Of a stretch of 64,000 bases of DNA, positions 59,951 through 64,000 are shown piece by piece. Every line of letters begins with the position of its first letter. Positions within the stretch are counted from its first letter, which is position 1. Under the pieces are notes generated by a model. It did no database searches, had not been told where the DNA came from, and was given only the letters and a program-made list of their open reading frames with translations. The translations under genes were made by a program, and so were the position numbers. The DNA is from Selaginella moellendorffii (Eukaryota > Plantae > Lycopodiophyta), in assembly GCF_000143415.4 (NCBI RefSeq), contig NW_003314277.1, positions 569,183 to 633,182 of the forward strand, given 5' to 3'.

Positions 59951-61271
59951 CTATCTGCCGCCAATTCTCTGCTGCTGCCAAACCTCTAGACTCCCGGAGT
60001 TTTCATCCCCCAGGTCGGACACATCGCTGCGAGCGCCGCAATTGTTCGGGAAGAAACTGTTGTCGTCGTCGTCGTCCAATCTGTCCCAAGAGGAGGAAGG
60101 ATCGAGAGGAGCTGCCCAGGCGTCGTCGATTCCCAGGAATGGAGCTTCCAGCGGCCTGAGGTCCTCGAGATACTTGGTTCACCCTTTGCTGCTTCTCACT
60201 CTCCAGCCCTTCATTCCCGCTTGTTACCAGATCGTCACCCCAGAAGAATCCATCGCCAGCGCTGTGGTGCTTGTAGCGCCTCCGCCGGCTCTTGTGATGC
60301 CCCAGCCGGCACCTCGATCAGGCCAGCCCCGCGATCCCCAGCATGAAGAGCATGAACGTCACCAGCAGCGGCGAGAAGAGCACCAGGATGGGGACACATA
60401 CCAGGCTGAGGCCGAGGAGTAGCAACACTGCCTCTTGGAGACTCAAGCTCGATTCCAATGCCTTTGGGTGGGATAAGAAACTAGTGAGATTCAGCTTGGC
60501 AACTCTAGACAGAAGGGTGATGAACTCTTTGTGCTACCTGGTGGACTCCTTCTACACATAGCATGAATGACTCCATTCCACACATAGCATGGGTCATTGC
60601 TATGGGCATGAAGCCCCATCCGTGGCATAAGGATGGATATTCATGAAATATTCTATGCCTGTGTTTTTTTCACACTCACATTACATGTGGACCAATAGCA
60701 GCCAGACACGTATTGTGAATGAAAAATGCCACAGTTGTTTCCAGCCTTTTAGGAATTGCATGCCATAGTATGTTATAAGTGAGAGTGGTTTTTGGTTTGC
60801 TTAAGCAAACTGAATGGCAGTGAATATACTTAAAATATGCTTAAATATTTTAGAATATTTTATTATCTAATGGTTGATATGCAATAAGATTAATCTTGTG
60901 TTTATAAATTACAAACATGTTTATAATTATAAACTTTATTTGATCAATTGGATTAATAAATAACAATAAAACTTGCTATATACAAAGTGTTGCAATATAT
61001 TTAATTGCTCACCCAAAATAAAACTTTAACTTTTTCTTAACCTAATTTCTCCCCCTGTACGTATGCTTGGCGTATTTTAATCCATCATATACATACGAAA
61101 ATGGATTGGAGCTCTAAAGTTTTGCGGCATTTAAACAAGACATTTTGTGTCTTCGCTACTGGAACCATAAATATTGGTCAACGCTAACAGACACCACTAG
61201 TGTGTTGGAACTGAACACACAAAGCTGAAGCTGGAACATGTGTCCACGGTGACGACCAAGGTACCATTATA

Positions 61272-63200
61272 TGGGATCTCTTCCGCCGGACGGATCTCGA
61301 GGGCGTGAAGCCAGACGACGTTCGTGACCTTCCTCGCGATCCTGGGCGCGTGCTCCTCCACCAGAGATCTCGCCACTGGGAGCGATCTCCACGCCTGGAT
61401 CGTGGCGAGTGGAATCGCAATCACGTCATTGGCAGCGCACTTGTCCACTTCTACTGCAAATGCGAGCGAGATCCCCGACCCCAATGTTCTCACATGGACG
61501 TTGATCATCGCGGCGCACGCCGAGATGGGATTGCATCGCAAGGGGATGGATCTCTTCCGGAGGATGCAGCTCTCCGGCGTTAGCGTGGACAGGCTCGTGA
61601 TCGCCAGCGTGCTCGAGTCCCTGGCCGCGCTAGGGCTCTCGGATCCATCCATCCGGAGCGCCGCGACACCGATTCACGAGTGGATCTTCCTCTCCGGGCT
61701 GGAGTGCAATCCCTACCTGCGAACTGGATTGATCGCCATGTATGGGAAGTGGGGGCTCCTCCACGAATCCATGGCGATCTTCTTCCGTGAGAGCTCGCTG
61801 GATTCCAATGTGGTGGCCTGGACAGCGATGATTTCTTCGTGCTGGGAGCACAGCCGCGTCGATTTGGCCGTGGCGCTCTTCCACCGGATGAATCTCGAGG
61901 GCTTGCGGCAGGACTGCGTCTAGATGATGACGATCATGGACGCACTCGCCAGTGATTCCTCGTATTGCCCGTGCAACCTCGCGGGGACCGGCGAGGCAAT
62001 CGCGTCTTGCGGCCTGGAATCCAGCACCGCGATTGGGAACTCGCTCATCAATCTCCGGCCGGATACTGGAGATCTTCCACGGGATGATCCATAGGGACGT
62101 GAGCTCCTGGGGCAGCATCATTACAGCGCTTGCCAGAGCGGCAATGCCGCTGGCGTTCTAGTGATGCTCTGCGAGATGGATATCGAGGGCANNNNNNNNN
62201 NNNNNNNNNNNNNNNNNNNNNNNNNNNNNNNNNNNNNNNNNNNNNNNNNNNNNNNNNNNNNNNNNNNNNNNNNNNNNNNNNNNNNNNNNNNAGGTAGCAA
62301 AGTTTGTTGCGCATACATCTGTCGAGAAATGTGCGTTCTTGCTCTACAGTACATTCACTTGACGACCCGGAGGATGTGTGATATATGTCTCACATGAAGG
62401 ACATCAGAGGTAGCTCTCTATGTATTCTACGCAGGGACGGAGGTCTAGGCTATCGATGCCGACATCAGGGTGTTCGTATGTCCCATCAATGCTGGCATAT
62501 CCATCTCACGGAGCATCACTAGAACGCCAGCGGCATTGCCGCTATGCTGCCCCAGGAGCTCACATCCCTATGGATCATCCCGTGGAAGATCTCCAGTGCA
62601 TGCTCGATCCGGCCGCTCTTGGCGTGGAGCGAGTTCCCAATCGCGGTGCTGGATTCCAGGCCGCAAGACGTGATCACCTCGCCAGTCCCTGCGAGGTTGC
62701 ACGGGCAATACGAGGGATCACTGGCGAGCGCGTCCATGATCGTCATCATCGAGAAACCCTAAACCCTAAACCTGGAACTCGATCGTCATCTCCTTCGCGC
62801 AGCACGGGCGATTGGATCCGCGCGAGGGAGCTCTTCCAGGCGATGCATCTCGAGGGAATGGAGCCGCGTGACGATCGTGAGCATCCTCTCGGCGTGCCAC
62901 CACGCCGGGATCTTGGAGGAGGCGCGGTGCTACTTCGTGTGCATGGCGGACGACCACGGCATCGATCCAGCGCTGCTCCACTATGGATCCATGATCGATC
63001 TCTTCGGCCGCGCAGGGTGGCTGGATCACGCCGCTGGTGCGCGAGATGCCCATCCAGCCTGCGATCACGAGAGTCATGGCACTCCTGGGATCTTGCCAGA
63101 TCCACAGGATGCGCGGCGGATGTCCGGGGCGGCAGAGCAAGCGATCGATCTAGACCCGAGAGCGCCGCTGGGGGATTAGCGTTGCTATCCAATACATAGA
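61272..63200 (+). pseudogene. Rearranged, frameshifted duplicate of the PPR at 2426-4384 (includes N-gap 62192-62290 and an inverted segment ~62498-62754)
   Basis: Direct similarity to 2746-3712 and 3930-4400, with stops and deletions. The inverted piece matches ~3420-3705. Confidence 0.9.
62754..62772 (+). repeat. Short interstitial telomeric repeat (AAACCCT)2AAACC
   Basis: Arabidopsis-type telomere units lying exactly between the inverted and direct PPR segments. Confidence 0.8.
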
Positions 63201-63358
63201 ATAGTGGAATACGAAGAACCCTAAAAACATATTCCTTTTTTATACCTTTTTACAGAATTGAAGAATCTAGTTTGGAGATAAAAGGCATATTTAGTTCACG
63301 GGATAAAGGCATATTCTTTTCATTAAGAATCTTTTCGAATCTTTTCTATTATACCTTT

Positions 63359-64000
63359 TTAGAAGTAGAAAAGAATCTTGTTTGGGTTTGATTGATCTTG
63401 CTGCTGGAGCACGTCTTCGAGCAGATCTTCGCTAAACTCGAGAGCTGCGCATCGAAACATCTGGCTGTCCACCAGCTTACCTTCGCTGGCCACTCCCCAC
63501 GCTGCGTGCTCGAACACTTCCACCTCGATCGTCGCCACGAATGACTCTCGGCACGCGGGCTGCCACTCGAGCTTTCCAATCGGAGCAAGGATTTGCTCCG
63601 AGAACGACACCGGCGAAGCATAGCACAGAATCTAATCGCCAAGGAGGAGAGAACCGAAAGCCATACCATGATAGTGTGTGAAGGACCAACTCCGATTAAC
63701 GCGAACTTCGCTTCCAGGAGAGAGAGCTGCACGTCCTTGAAAATGGTCTCAAGGTCGTTGGTGCGCAGATCCAATTTGCAGTTGGCCGATTGGTATCCGA
63801 GTGAGAAGACGTAAGGGGTCTCTTGAACCGAGCTCCCGAGCAGACAATCTGGGAAGAATTATCCCGCGACATCCCCTGGAGCCACACATGACCGGCAGGG
63901 AAAGTTTCTCCCCAGTTCTTCTCCTGGTGCGCAAACCCCGTCACCGTGAACCACCATGTTCTTGTCGCTGCTGAAAAATGTGTACTTTGCTCGGGAGCCC
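63359..64000 (-). pseudogene. Degenerate duplicate of the 3' half of the tocopherol-cyclase-like gene (runs off the window)
   Basis: Matches ~4635-5304, with deletions (~63822) and an extra base near 63936. Confidence 0.88.

Larger units (their letters stand above)
42130..60925. mobile_element. Putative old long-TIR (Mutator/Pack-MULE-like) element hosting the nest
   Basis: ~42130-42320 is an imperfect inverted repeat of ~60700-60925 (AAGCATATT.TAAGTATATTCA..GTTTGCTTAAGCAAACCAAAAA..ACTGTGGCA..TTTCA.TCACAATA). No TSD or exact ends identified. Confidence 0.5.

Noticed and set aside
62291-62497. Possible EGF/WAK-like fragment (GGLGYRC) after the gap
   Set aside because: Too short and adjacent to an assembly gap; unsupported.

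Overview
Eukaryotic plant nuclear DNA. The ~50-60 bp introns, very short intergenic spaces and many GC-rich intronless PLS-PPR genes suggest a lycophyte such as Selaginella (inference, not verified). 1-11 kb is a compact block of intact genes: nsLTP, a bacterial-type HDAC-family deacetylase, a PLS-E PPR, a tocopherol-cyclase-like gene, a Pro-rich cadherin-like-domain membrane protein and MCCA. A ~9.5 kb segment (8204-17718) recurs at 22150-31354, and the two copies have lost different genes. Between them is a mosaic of gene fragments (ACP, TRM61, PPR, MCCA) and a Crinkler/RHS-type nuclease-domain ORF. Next come a spliceable HAD-IIIB phosphatase gene lacking its catalytic motifs and a decayed endonuclease-bearing Helitron (Helentron-type, ~32.1-37.4 kb), with a possible RPA-like gene upstream. 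At ~42.1-60.9 kb is a transposon nest. A probable long-TIR element contains a Gypsy element; the Gypsy contains a 5S-rRNA-bearing Cassandra TRIM, a solo LTR and a hAT; the hAT contains a young non-coding LTR element. The five inner insertions have readable target-site duplications. The window ends in a rearranged pseudogene copy of the PPR/tocopherol-cyclase block, with a telomeric-repeat insert at an inversion junction. All family calls come from recognising motifs by eye; no searches were run.
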